64,000 nucleotides of DNA from Squalus acanthias (taxonomy: Eukaryota): positions 14,944,001 to 15,008,000 of the forward strand of contig CM059433.1 of assembly GCA_030390025.1 (NCBI GenBank). The letters run 5' to 3'. The notes beneath the pieces are model-generated. The model did not search any database, had not been told where the DNA came from, and was given only the letters and a program-made list of their open reading frames with translations. Shown here in pieces: positions 11,207-23,244 of the stretch. Made by a program: the position numbers and the translations under genes. Each line of letters starts with the position of its first letter. The stretch's first letter is position 1.

Positions 11207-11489
11207 AACATAGAAACATAGAAACATAGAATCTAGGAGCAGGAGTAGGCCATTCGGCCCATCGAGCCTGCTCCACCATTCAATACGATCATGGCTGATC
11301 ATCCAAATCCAGTACCCTGTCCCTGCTTTAATCCCCACAGTACACATATCCCACCCTACTCCCGTAACCCCACGTATTTAATTCCCCCTAACATCCCATC
11401 CTATCCCCATAACCCCACATATTTAATCCCCCCCAACACTAAGGGTCAATTTATCATAGCCAAATCAACCTAACCCGCACATTTTTGGA
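11207..11489 (-). mobile_element. 5'-truncated V-SINE (HE1-like) with CR1-derived tail
   Basis: Minus strand TCCAAAAATGTGCGGGTTAGGTTGATTTGGCTATGATAAATTGACCCTTAGTG (V-domain-like), CR1-like 3' end, (TTCTATGT)n; absent from unit 1. Confidence 0.75.
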
Positions 11490-11884
11490 CATCGTTATTC
11501 ATGACCTACGATTTTAATTATTGATCACTTATAAAGATCTTGATGGGCACATGATTTTATTCAGGATTTAGAATGACAAGGACAGAATTTGAGTAGGTTA
11601 TGCTGAGGTAATTGCTGGTTTGAATGTAGCATTAACATAGAAAATAAGTGTTACCATCACTTTCGCATCTGCTGGCAAGCCTGTGGCAACTACAGGCCGA
11701 GTCCACATCTTCCCGCAATGTGGCAGATCGTCGTTTAGTTCTGGCTGATTTTTCTGAAGTGCTCAGCACAGTCTTTTGCAAAGCTTCAGAAATGTATTGC
11801 AGCTACAATGGATCCACTGAAGGGAGACGGGAGGTCCTGAATCTCACTTCTCTTGGAGCACTGAAGTAAGCAAAGATTTGAGCT

Positions 11885-12667
11885 AAAATAACAACAGGAA
11901 ATGCTGGAAGCACTCAGCAGGCCAGGCAGCATCCGTGGCGAGAGAAACAGAGTCAACGTTTCAGGTCTGGGACCCTTCAACAGAACTGGAAAAGGTTAGA
12001 GATGGAACAGATTTTAAGCAGGTGCAGAGGCAGGGAAAGGGGGAGAGGTGGAGAGGAAGGAACTGAAGTAATATTCTGTGCTAGGGTAGGAGGCAGGAGA
12101 GATTAAATGTTGCAAATGGGGATGGCAGAATCATCAACAGCCTGAAAAATGGGGGCAGGGATTATAGTCTGAAATTGTTGAACTCAATGTTGAGTCCAGA
12201 AGGCTGGAAAGTGCCTAATTGAAAGATGAGGTGCTGTTCCTCGAGTTTACGTTGATCTTCATTGGAACAGTGTAAGAGGCCGAGGACAGAGAGATCAGAG
12301 TGGGAGTGGAGCGGAGAATTAAAGTGACAGGCGACCGGAAGCTCGTGGTCACCCTTACGGACTGAACGGAGGTGTTCCACAAAGCGGTCGCCCAATCTGC
12401 GTTTGGTCTCCCCAATGTAGAGGAGCAGTGAATACAGTATAATAAATTGCAAGAAGTACAAGTAATTTGCTGTTTCACCTGGAAGGGGTGTTTGGGACCC
12501 TGGACAGTGGGAAGGGAGGAGGTAAAAGGGCAGGTGTTGCATCTCCTGCGCTTGCATGGGAAGGTGCCGGGCGAAGGGGAAGGGCTGTTGGGGGTGATTG
12601 AGGAGTGGACCAGGGTGTCGCGGAGGGAGCGGTCCCTTCGGAATGCTGAAAGGGGAGGTGAGGGGAA
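11885..12667 (-). mobile_element. Penelope-like 3' fragment (duplicate of 8618-9414); hammerhead motif at 11951-11987 has an altered core (CTGTTGA)
   Basis: YIGETKRRLGDRFVEHLRSV..VACHFN..LEEQHLIFQLGTFQPSGLNIEF in track ORF 12162-12800. Confidence 0.88.
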
Positions 12668-14699
12668 TTGAGCTGCTTTGATCATTGCCATGAGGGGAAA
12701 GGGAAGCTTCAGTCCAGCAATCTTCCCTTTTGATAGTACAGGTTGGCTTTAATTGGAATGGAGGCAATTCCTGTATAACACCGCTAAGCCAGTTATACAT
12801 TCTGAACGTGACCGGTTGGTTGCAAGTAATTCGAGCAGCAGTGCTGATGGTCTTCGTGTTACTGTCACAGGGGTGAACAGTAAACCACCACGGCCCAAAT
12901 GAATATGATGCAGATCAGATTACTATCTGGCAAATGTTACCCATTTTATCTACTTTACTACCAGCACAACCTGTTTTGTGCCAATGTCAATTAAAAAGAC
13001 AATTTTGTAAATTGTACACATGCCAGCCTTTGGAGCCCTCATTTCAGTGCACGTGCAGGTAACACCAGTGAACAAGGCACCAATAATCAAAATTTGTGGA
13101 TTTGAATGGCTACAGAGGATTTATGTGTCAATTGGAATAAAATCAAGCAGTCGTTAACAAAATAGAATATAACTCAGGCATTCCTATAAAAACTTCACTG
13201 TAAAAATTCAAAAAAAGCAATTTGTTCAGCAGGGAGGAAAGACTTTGTAACTTTTTTTTGTTTGCCTGATTTTGTTATGGCCATTCGTTCAGTGTGCTTC
13301 AGTATCTCACTGGAGCAAAATGTATGAGAAGCTAGATGATGTGTGGTACACATTCCTATTTACAGTAAAGTAGAAAAAAAAATTTGTATTGTTAAATGCT
13401 ATCTCAGAATTGCAATCAGAGAACGCTAACACTCGGGCCATTTTTTGTGTAGTTACACCAGATTTGGACTGACTGTGCATGATGTGCTTGCTGTCGTGAG
13501 ACAAATCCGTAATCTTACTGCGACTGTGATGAGAATCAGGTCCTGATTCTGTGGGTAAAAAAGGCAGCCCTCTAATGCAGTGTGCCAATCCCACTTTTGA
13601 ATAAAATGCTTGTGCAAATAGCTATTAAAATAAGCTGGAAATAACAGATGTCTAAGAACTTGTTGTTATTTAAAGAAATTACATAAACTATTTTATAAAG
13701 AACTCGAAAGGAAGCTTATGATCAAAAAGTGTAGCAAAAATGCCATGTGGGTTAAAAGGAATATCACCATTTATCGTGTTAAGTGTCTTACTTCAACCTT
13801 AAACAAGATTAACATTCACAAATAATTAAAAAAAACACATGGTCAAAATCAGTTGATAGCTTCCTGAAGCACATATTGCCTCCCCAAATGCTCAGATTCT
13901 AATTTCGAGTGAGTCTCTTTGTTGCCACGTTAATCTTCTAAATGCAAGTTGTTAAACACTGGGTGTTCTATGTCAGTACATAATGTACCCAAGCACAGCA
14001 CAGTCGCTTCTAAGGCTAATTCATTGACTGAGAATTCTGAACAAGATGCCTCCGACATAAGAAAGAGGAATTAAGTTGGCCCCAATTAAGTGGAATCAAT
14101 ACCCAATCTGGAACAGCATTAAGGTCCATTGAAAAACAAAATTAATTTCAAGACAACTGTTGCAGTCTACCAAGGTTAGCATAGATTAACTGGGATCTTA
14201 GTTTTCCAGTAACTCATGACAGTGATTGGGAAAATTAACATCATCTAATATCCTCTACAAGATCTCCACTTGATTCAAATATACCCTTGCATTAACTTAA
14301 TGTATGAATGCAGTTGCAAAAAAAGTACTGAACTCTCACATACATCTCCTACCCGTACAATGTTGTAATAATGATTAAACCTTTATGAATAAACCTGTGA
14401 TGCATTTCAACACCCAGCACTTGTGAGTTGAAATCACACTATGCAAAATTAGTAATGAACACTTCAATACAGTTATATGAATTTCCATTGTCCCCTATTT
14501 TAATGAAGGTTTTTACTTGTGCATTAAAATAGCACTCAAAGGAATTTCATATGAATGTGTAAACACATTTATTACTAATATATTGCAGAGCAGAATAGCA
14601 AGTTACAAATATCAATAACCCAATCAAACCAAATTTAAAAAAATACCGACCTGAGAGTTATAAAGCATTTAATAATCAACAGCTAACATCCAAACATTA

Positions 14700-15153
14700 A
14701 CCTGGAGTTTCCACTAGGGGCGCAATCAGGAAAATGGGCCCCAAAATGCACCGGACACTGTATCTACTATTGAGAAACAAATGGTTCAGTCTGAAACATT
14801 CCAGCATCTTTAGATCAGAGAACGGTAAATTGGAATTTTTTTAATGGTAAGAGATTAAAGTGGAAAAATAGGGTAGCTTTGCAACTCACATTAGCGCCCC
14901 GGGCCTAATGGCTCCGGTGCGCACTGCGCTAGGCCCCTCCCCTTTAATCAGGGGAGGGAAGCCTGCAGTACCGCGGCGCGACGTGCCGGCGCGTGTGGCA
15001 CTGCTACACGTAGCGCCGAGATATTCACTGCTTCCAGTAGCGCCCCGCCTCCTGCTTGGGGCGCTAACATTGAATTTCTGGCGCGAGGGCACTAACTTTT
15101 AGCGCCCCGGCGAGGTTATCGCCCCAAAGGGGGCGCGAGCCAATTCTCTCCCC
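14700..15153. mobile_element. GC-rich MITE-like element, probably Harbinger-derived
   Basis: CpG-rich block with repeated (T)AGCGCC motifs ending CAATTCTCTCCCC; its right end resembles 30830-30906. Left boundary uncertain. Confidence 0.5.
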
Positions 15154-15159
15154 TGGTAA

Positions 15160-15545
15160 GAAAGCTAATGCACAGGGGCACAAAGTAATCAGAGAGGCTA
15201 ATGGAATATTGGCCTTTATCTCAAGAGGGCTGGAAGTCAAAAGTGAGGAAGTGATGTTTCAGTTATTCAGAGCCTTGGTCAGACCACATCTGGAGTATTG
15301 TATTCAGGTTTGGGCATCGAATCGCAGGAAAGATATATTGGCCTTGGAAGGGATACAGCTCAGATTGACCAGAATTATACCTGGGCTTAAAGGGTTAATT
15401 TATGAGAACAGGTTGCATAAATTTGGCTTGTGTTCCCTTGAGTTCCCAAGGTTGAGGGTGATCTAATCAAGGTATTACAAAAAATTATGGGATTCAATAG
15501 GGTAGATACAGAGAAACTATTTCCTCTGATGAGGGAATCCAGAAT
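15160..15545 (+). mobile_element. Degenerate CR1 ORF2 C-terminal fragment
   Basis: LAFISRGLE.KSEEVMFQLFRALVRPHLEYCIQ.W. Confidence 0.85.
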
Positions 15546-15682
15546 AGTGCACCGCCGACCTCTGAGGCGGGTGCTCTGACAAGCGAAACAGGATAAGGAC
15601 TTTGTATCTCACCTCACGCAGCTGCATGTCCATTTTGCCAGCCATCAAACACGAGGTCAGGTATTGTACTCCTTTGGTACTT

Positions 15683-16095
15683 CAGCCTTGGTTCACTGGT
15701 AGCCATCTCACCTCTGAGTCAGAAGGCCATGGATTCCCAGACCAGGATTTGAGCACATAATCTAGGCTGACACTTCAATAAAGTAGAGGGAGTGTTGTGT
15801 TGTCTAAGGCTCTGTCTGCCTGCTCAGGTGGACGCAAAAGATCCCACAGTACTATTCAAAGAGGAACAGGGGAGCTTTCATGGTATTTTGACCAACATTT
15901 ATCCCTAACTAACATTATTAAAAACAGACTAACTGGTCATTTATCTCATTGCTCTTAGTGGGTCTTTGCTGTGTGCAAATTGACTGCCATATTTGCCTGC
16001 AAAACAAGAGTGACCACACTTCAAAATAATGTGCTGACTGCAAAATGCTTTGGGATATCCTGAGGACTTGAAAGGTATGATTAATACAAGTTTGT
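15683..16095 (+). mobile_element. Degenerate tRNA-headed Deu-type SINE (SacSINE1-like)
   Basis: Colinear with 37073-37545 (CACCTCTGAGTCAGAAGG..CTAGGCTGACACT..AAAAGATCCCA..). Confidence 0.7.
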
Positions 16096-16895
16096 CCATT
16101 TTTCCTCACAGAATCTGTTTCATGTTTCCACTTTTGGTTTCCTTTCATCACTTTTGCTTGGCACTTCTTCCATTTCATTCTGAGGAGCCTTGGCAAAGGC
16201 TGACAAATATTTAAAATTAACTTTGCATCTTCATAAAGGTTGAAACAATATTTGTTCCCATATATAGCCACTTACATTAAGTGTATTTGTCCCTTTAAAT
16301 TTGACCTGGTAGCCAGATTTTCCATCTGCCCGATTGGGCTAGCTCCCTGCACAAGAGCAAAGCTGCCCGGGCAACAATAAATAATTATCCTCATGAGCTG
16401 ACCACAGAAAATTGTAGGCAGTCAGCTCACTGTACCACTGGCTAGCATTGCACCAACAACTAGGCAGAAAATCTGAAGTGGAGTGGAAAATTGGTCTTTA
16501 TATTACAATTTCTAAAACATGTCTATTTACTTGAATGGCACCTTAGAGAGTGATCAATGTTGCTAAATAGTTTTTTTGATTGGCCAGGTCATCTGTAGTG
16601 GAACTCGTTTTATGGCAGATTAAAGTGTCTAAGAATAGATATCACTTCATCTAAATAGCAATGGTCTTAAAAAGCTTTTGAAGGAGATTAGAAGGTTAGT
16701 GGACTAAAAAGTCGAGAAAGGTTTTAAGACTGCAAGGCTAGGTTCAGAACAGTTGAAGTTGCTTTAGATCCATGTAGGATTAGAAAATCTAAAATGTAAT
16801 TCAATAGCAATTTTCTAAGCACTGAGTGAAAGTACAGTAACATCTAATAGTGAACATGCAAAGCTTGCTAAAGAAGACAATTGAAGAAAGACAAT

Positions 16896-18625
16896 GGCCA
16901 CGATTTTACTTACCTCGGCGTGCGACGTCGGTGGTGGGTCCCGACCCCGCTGCTGGCTCCACCCACTGTGCAAAATTACTTTCCATTGATTAGGCTTGTT
17001 AGGCCCGCCCAGCGCATTTCCCGGGCCAATTAGAGGCAGTGGGTCTGGTGACGTCATTTCATGATGCGTCATCAGCCGGTTTTCTTAAAGGGACTATGGC
17101 CACATTTGTCTTGACATTTGTGCTGTCAGTGTCCTACAGCATTGAGGTGCTGCAAACACTGACAATGACTGCACAGAGGTGCAGGGCTGCACCCATGACT
17201 CCCTCCATATACTTACGGAGGGAGTCACAGCACGCAGGGAGGTCCTCTTCCCTTCCAATGGGCGGAAGAGACCTCCCCAGGAGACCAACACAGCCAGGTT
17301 GCACATTGCAGAGGAGGGCATAAGCAGGGGTGTCGTCAGGAGGATCTGGGTGCAGTGGCGCAAACATTTCAATGATCTCAGTAGATCACAAAACGTTGGT
17401 ACAAAGCCACACTCAAACTCATCCTGCTGTGCCTCTCATCACATCCCCATCACTCTGCCTTCCCTACCCTACTCCTGCACATCCTTACTCACACTAACTT
17501 ACCTTGCACCTCCACCCATCCCTCTCTATCTATATTATCACATCCCTATCTCATTAGCCACCCCTCACACTCACCCTCATCCTAGTGCAATCATACCAAT
17601 TAACAGCACACAAGGCTAGGCACTTGGGTGTTTTATGCAATGTTCATGTGAAGTTTCTGTTAATGTGCTGTCAAACATTGAAACCTTTATTTTCAACACT
17701 TTGCGTTCTTAGACAGATTTGTGTGCACCTTTGGAAGAGGCTTAGTGAGTTACAGTGAATGGTGAGACATAATGGTACCCCCCAGTGGTGATGAGTGTGA
17801 AAGGAATGGTTTGGGCATTGTAGGGATGCTTTATGGTGTTGATGTGGGGTGGTGCCAACCTGGCGCATCATGTGGCAGCCAGGGTGTATAGGGTTGTGAA
17901 GTAAATGTGACCATGGTGAGGCCATCCCTGGCCTCCCGGGCAGCAATGTGGTCGGGTGCTGATGCCCTGTGTCCTGTGCAGCATCAGTTGATTGCGGAGA
18001 AGGTTGGTGTTGTTGTTGGTGCTGCTGGTGTTGGGGCTGATCATGGTGGAGTTCTGAGGACTAAGGTGAGAGAGTATAAAGGGCACCCATGTTGATAGAA
18101 TAGATAGCAGGTGAAGTAGAGATGACAGAAGCATGCTGTCAATGGTGAGAGAGTTCTTCCAATGAGGTGAGAGTGGTTAGAGAGTGGAAAGTGGAAAGTC
18201 TGCAGGATGTGTGCTGGAAATGGAGTGAGAAGAAGCTTATGCCTGTGGAAAGTAAATATCAGTCAGGTGGGAGCATTTACTGTACATTTGAAGCTGTCAA
18301 GTAATCAGCTGGAGCAATGGCCACTGAACTCACGCCTCAACTTGACAGCCGCGGTCTGCGCACAACGGGGATCCCATGGTCATGAAGTTAAAGACAAAAG
18401 GTAAGTGAAAAAAGGCTGTTAAGCAACTGGCAACTAGACGCAAATCATTTTAATTGGGTCCCCCGTCACTGCCGGTCGGGTCTGCTCAGCGTTGACAGAC
18501 CCGACATTGGGAAAGGCGCGTGGTGGTGGGTTCACAGTGGGGTCCTGACCCGCTGTCAACAAAAAACACTTTCCCACCCGACCCCCCTCCAATCGCGCCC
18601 GCTGAACCCCAGGAAAATTCCAGCC
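16896..18625 (+). mobile_element. Non-autonomous PIF/Harbinger element, copy C
   Basis: Ends GGCCACGATTTT...AAAATTCCAGCC; Myb-like remnant at ~17165-17395; colinear with copies A and B. Confidence 0.85.
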
Positions 18626-18628
18626 ACA

Positions 18629-19385
18629 GAGCCCAAAAATTCCATTATGCTGGGTGCATCTCGGGCATTGCTGCTGAGGGTGGGAGGAAAGAGTGGAGTG
18701 GAACCTGCCCGATGGAGAGGAGGCTGGAAAGTTCCGCTGGGGGGGGCCATGGGTGGAACTTCTGCCAGCGCCGCCACCCCAACCGCCCATCCCACCCCCC
18801 CCCCCGCCACACACCACCACCACCCCTCCGCCAGCCCCACCACTTCAGGAGGGCATGGTTGGTGGACTTCTCAAACTTCCCCGGGAAAGTCCCTCCAGTT
18901 CACCTCCTGATAGGTCTATACCTGCTGAGACCAGGCATGGGCTCTGTTACGGGCCTAATAGAAGCCCCAGAGTGCCAGATGGAGTAGGTCATTTGCCCGG
19001 GAGGGGATTGATTGCCTTACAGCAACGGCCCTCTGGGAGCCGCAGAGAGGGGACCACTCTCTCCTTGTGAGGCTCTGCCTGGGCCACATCTGCGATGTCA
19101 GAGCAGCGTGGATCTGCTCTGACATTCCGGGTCTCAGTCGGAGTCAACGCTGCAAATGCACCCTCCCCAATCATGTTAATGACCCCATCCCAAATGGTAG
19201 GTATGGGGTCAGCAGCCTTCACTTTGGGTGGCTGACGTTCCACGCTGTCGCATTTGCGTTAGTGGAGCAGGCCCATTGGAACTTTGGTTCAATTGACTCA
19301 TCCCAGTGAATTGAAGTGGAACGTAGCACAACCCAATGCTGCAGCCAGCCTGCTGCTCAAAGAGAGCTTTTAGGACTTTATCCCC
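18629..19385. mobile_element. Putative MITE abutting copy C
   Basis: GC-rich block flanked by ACA/ACA; weak TIRs (GAGCCCAAAAATTCC...GGACTTTATCCCC); internal hairpins such as TGTCAGAGCAG...CTGCTCTGACA. Confidence 0.4.
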
Positions 19386-19988
19386 ACATCTCCGAGTGTT
19401 ACTACTGGATGCTTACTAGTGTACACTGAACGTAGACTGTGTAATTAACCTGGCTAAAGCTGCATTGTAATTCTGGATAGCAAACACAATTGTGTTATTA
19501 TGCTTACTAAGTGAAACCAGCTAATGAAGAGATATTATGTACCTTAGAATTAAGTTTACTGTTACGCTTATGACAATTTATATTCTGTGGCTTGACATTC
19601 AGCATAAGCTCACTTTTACTGGAATCACTACTACTTAACCTTGAGCTGGCACTACTTACATCACCGTAGATGGTGATAAATATTGTTGTGCTAGAAAGGC
19701 ATTGCTGTTTCCAACTAGGTCATTGACGCCTTTAGCAAGAATAAGTTAAGTTGCACTTCACTTAGTGATTTTCTGTACTGCTGCTATTGATATACTTGTC
19801 TGGGACAATAAATCAGTATCTTTCAGATTGAGTTATGTAGCACAATTGAAAATGAGCTAATTTAGATATCATCTGGGAAACCCTTGACATAAATGTTAAA
19901 TCCTGTTCTAATTATCTGATAGATGGATAGTTCTGGAGATAATGATGAAAGGGAGCATAGACTTGTTTGATACCCTTCAACTAATAAT

Positions 19989-20752
19989 GGGCCAAAAATT
20001 CGGCCCTTCCCGGGTGAGTACACAGTGCGTACTCACCCGTAATGCGTCCCGAAGTGCCGGTTTCCTGCATGCAATGCGCATGCGCGGGAAACCGGAACTT
20101 CCGGTCTGGTGAAGGGGGCGGTTCCTAGCTGAACCACGTGCGCGGTAGAGGCTGCGCGCACGCAGCAAACTTAGATTTTTTTTCAGGTTTCTACGGGAGG
20201 GTAAATAGTGAAGAACCTACGCTTATAAAAAGGAGGCGCAGGACCCGTTTTCAACAAGGTAAGTGGTTAATTAAGTATAATTTAAAAAAAATTTCAACAG
20301 GTTTATCTTTTTTAGATACTTTAAAGAAAGGTAAGTTTATTTTTATCACTTTTAAAAAGTATTTTAAATTTTTCAAAAATTTTAATTTTTGTTTAAAGTG
20401 GTTAATTTATTTAACTATAGTTATTTTATAAAGTGATGGTTTTTTAAAACATTTATTTTAAGTTTAGCTGTTCTTTTGGGGCCGATTTCAATTCACAGAT
20501 TTGACAGGTCTCCCTGTCAAATCTATGAATGAAAGATGGTCTGCTGCCATTGGCGCTCCATGGCCCACGTGATCCCAGGGGACGCATCGCACTAACTGCG
20601 CCCCTGGAACACGCAAGCACTGCGCGCCGGCACTTGGAGCAGGCCCAGGAGCTGAAGTTCCCGTGGGCCCAAAACACAACGGCAGGCGCGGTAGGTAAGT
20701 GCGCGCGCAATCCTTACCCCCGCGGCAAGCCGTAGAGGCGAATTTCTGGGCC
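19989..20752 (+). mobile_element. 764-bp Harbinger-type MITE
   Basis: TIRs GGGCCAAAAATTCG...CGAATTTCTGGGCC, perfect 3-bp TSD AAT; highly similar inverted copy at 45111-45868. Confidence 0.88.
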
Positions 20753-20772
20753 AATGTATCTCAAATCTCATT

Positions 20773-21020
20773 GGGCCTGAATTTGCGGTCGGAGGCTTCC
20801 CGCGGGCGGATGCCCCCAAACGGCAAAAAATCTACGCACCCACCTGATGGTCCGGGATTGACGGAGACTTGTGCTCCTAGGCCTCTACACATAGGCCTGC
20901 GTAGAGGCCCACATAGCCCAGGGGCACAGGCGGTTCGCAAGTGCCCCTGGGATCACGTGGGCCAGCCCAACCAATGAAAGAAGGGGGATCCTGATTCATG
21001 CTTATGGGGATTCCGTACGC
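20773..21020. mobile_element. Truncated end of a related MITE
   Basis: Starts GGGCCTGAATTTGCG; shares CCCCTGGGATCACGTGGGCCA with the preceding MITE in inverted orientation. Confidence 0.55.
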
Positions 21021-21968
21021 ACTCACCAATAAGCTGCTCACTCATGTTTAGTTGGGGTTCTGCAAGAACTACGTGGCTCCAGACCTCATCACAGCCGTGA
21101 TCCGGAAATGGACTCAAGAGCTGAAGGCCAGAAAGGAGACAAGAGTAGCTGCACTCGACATCAAGGCAGCATTCGATCGAGTACTGCACCAAGGAGCCCG
21201 AGCAAAACTGGGGATCAAAGGGAAAACCCTCTATTGGGTGGAGTCATACCAGACATTGGTATGAGAGGGGACCTGATTGAGGTGTACAAAATTATGAGGG
21301 GCATAGATAGGGTAGATAGAAAGGAACTTTTCCCCTTAGTAGAGCGGTCAATAACCAGGGGGCATAGTTTCAAGGTAAGGGGCAGGAGGTTTAGAGGGGA
21401 TTTGAGGAAAAACTTTTTCACCCTGAGGGTGGTTGGAATCTGGAACTCACTGCCTGAAAGGGTGGTAGAGGCAGGAACCCTCACAACATTCAAGAAGCAT
21501 TTAGATGAGCACTTGAAACGCCATAGCATACAAGGCTACGGACCAAGTGCTGGAAAATGGGATTAGAATAGACAGGGCTTGATGGCCGGCGCGGACACGA
21601 TGGGCCGAAGGGCCTCTTTCTGTGCTGTATAACTCTATGATCTATGACTCTATGAGACACAAAGGAAGATTGTCATGGTTGTTGGAGGCCAGTCATTGCA
21701 GTTACAGGACATCGCTATAGAAATTCAGGGAAGCATCCTTGGTGCAAACATCTTCCGCTGCTTCATCAAAGACCTTCACTCCAAATAAAAGGCTAGGACT
21801 CCTGCTGCACACTGATAATTGCACAGTATTCAGCTCCATTCACAACTCCTCCGATAATGCTGCCTCCCATGCCATCCTAAAGCAGGAACTGGATAACATC
21901 CAGGATTGGGCTAACAAGTGGCAATTAACATTCTTACCACATAAGTGCCAGATAAAGACCATCTCAAA
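21021..21968 (+). mobile_element. Degenerate CR1/L2-group LINE RT fragment (same family as 51475-55140), split by a CR1 3' end
   Basis: APDLITAVIRKWTQEL..RVAALDIKAAFDRVLHQG and later HTDNCTVFSSI..QELDNIQDWANKWQLTF. Confidence 0.8.
21259..21655 (+). mobile_element. CR1 3' end, 5'-truncated
   Basis: MRGDLIEVYKIMRGIDRVD..TRGH..FFTLRVVGIWNSLP; tail of CTATGA-containing repeats. Confidence 0.9.
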
Positions 21969-22520
21969 CCACTCCCACTCTGACATCTCTGTCCTCGGCC
22001 TCATATACTGTTCCAATGAAGCTCAATGTAAGCTCGAGGAACATCACCTCGTCTTTCGTTTAGGCACTTTACAGCCTTCCGGACTCAAACATAGAAACAT
22101 AGAAACATAGAAACATAGAATCTAGGAGCAGGAGTAGGCCATTCGGCCCGTCGAGCCTGCTCCGCCATTCAATACGATCATGGCTGATCATCCAAATCCA
22201 GTACCCTGTCCCTGCTTTAATCCCCACAGTACACATATCCCACCCTACCCCCGTAACCCCACGTATTTAATTCCCCCTAACATATCCCATCCTATCCCCA
22301 TAACCCCACATATTTAATCCCCCCTAACACTAAGGGTCAATTTATCATACATTGAGTTCAACAATTTCATATCACAACCTCTGCCGCCATTATTTCAGAC
22401 GGCAGCTGTTGCTGCTGTTTCTGCTATTCCCATTTGCACCTCCTCTAGACCCATCTTTTATTTCTTTACTTGTCCCATTACCATCTCCTTTCGCCTTGCA
22501 CCATCATCCCTTTGTCATTT
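21969..22520 (+). mobile_element. Penelope-like 3' fragment interrupted by a SINE; terminal part at ~22985-23225
   Basis: HSHSDISVLGL..KLEEHHLVFRLGTLQPSGLN, then ATTGAGTTCAACAATTTC resumes after the SINE. Confidence 0.8.
22088..22349 (-). mobile_element. 5'-truncated V-SINE (HE1-like)
   Basis: Nearly identical to 11207-11460, with the same (TTCTATGT)n tail. Confidence 0.75.
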
Positions 22521-22683
22521 ACATAGGATTACATAGGATATACGGCACAGAAACAGGCCATTTGGCCCAACCAGTCCATGCCAGCGTTTATGCTCCACTC
22601 GAGCCTCCTCCCGTCTTTCCTTATCTAAATCTATTAGCATAACCCTCTATTCCCTTCTTCCTTATATGCTTGTCCAGCCTCCC

Positions 22684-22912
22684 TGACATGAATCTTGTCA
22701 TTCATGTGGAAATGACTTATGAAATAATACTGGGCGGCCTGCTGGTGGCGCTGTCCAGGGAGAGTATAAATACTCGGGCATGGGCCCAGCTTGCTCAGGA
22801 CATTCTTTAACAGGAACTTGTGAAGGCCACAACTAGATCTCCATGTTGAAAAACAGTTGATTAAAGCTTTGTTTAACGCTTAGACCAAGTGCCTAATAGT
22901 TTTCTTACATCA
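22684..22912 (+). mobile_element. Solo LTR inserted in a short CR1-type 3' fragment (~22520-22985, minus)
   Basis: TG...CA termini, 5-bp TSD CTCCC, internal TATAAATA and ATTAAA; related to 24633-24847. Confidence 0.75.
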
Positions 22913-23092
22913 CTCCCCTTAAGTGCATCTATATTATTCACTTCTACCACTCCCTGTGGTAGTGAGTTCCACATTCTCACCACTGTCCTGCCTTCCACCT
23001 TATTACAGACCTTCCCGTTTGTTCTTTCCTCCCCTCCCTCCTTTCCCTGCCTCTGTACTTGCTTAAAACCTGTTACATCTCTAACCTTTTCC

Positions 23093-23129
23093 AGTTCTGA
23101 CGAAAGGTCATCGACCTGAAACGCTAACT
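23093..23129 (+). ncRNA. Hammerhead motif in a Penelope-like terminus, cleavage-site region mutated
   Basis: AGTT-CTGACGA-A-AGGTC-ATC-GACCT-GAAA-CGCT-AACT (CGTT in intact copies). Confidence 0.6.
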
Positions 23130-23244
23130 CTGTTTCTCTCTCCACAGATGCTGCCTGACCTGCTGAATATTTCCAGCGTTTTCTGTTTTTATTTCAGATT
23201 TCCAGCATCCGCAGTATCTTGCTTTAGTTCAGTTACTGGCACCT

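Larger units (their letters stand above)
9555..12806. repeat. Tandem duplication, unit 2, enlarged by later RTE and SINE insertions
   Basis: Colinear with 7735-9553 once 9859-11026 and ~11207-11489 are removed. Confidence 0.92.

Noticed and set aside
13433..13545. Weak inverted repeat, possible ancient MITE (similar hints at ~16310-16495, ~40740-41160, ~55230-55590)
   Set aside because: Too degenerate to define TIRs or TSDs by eye.
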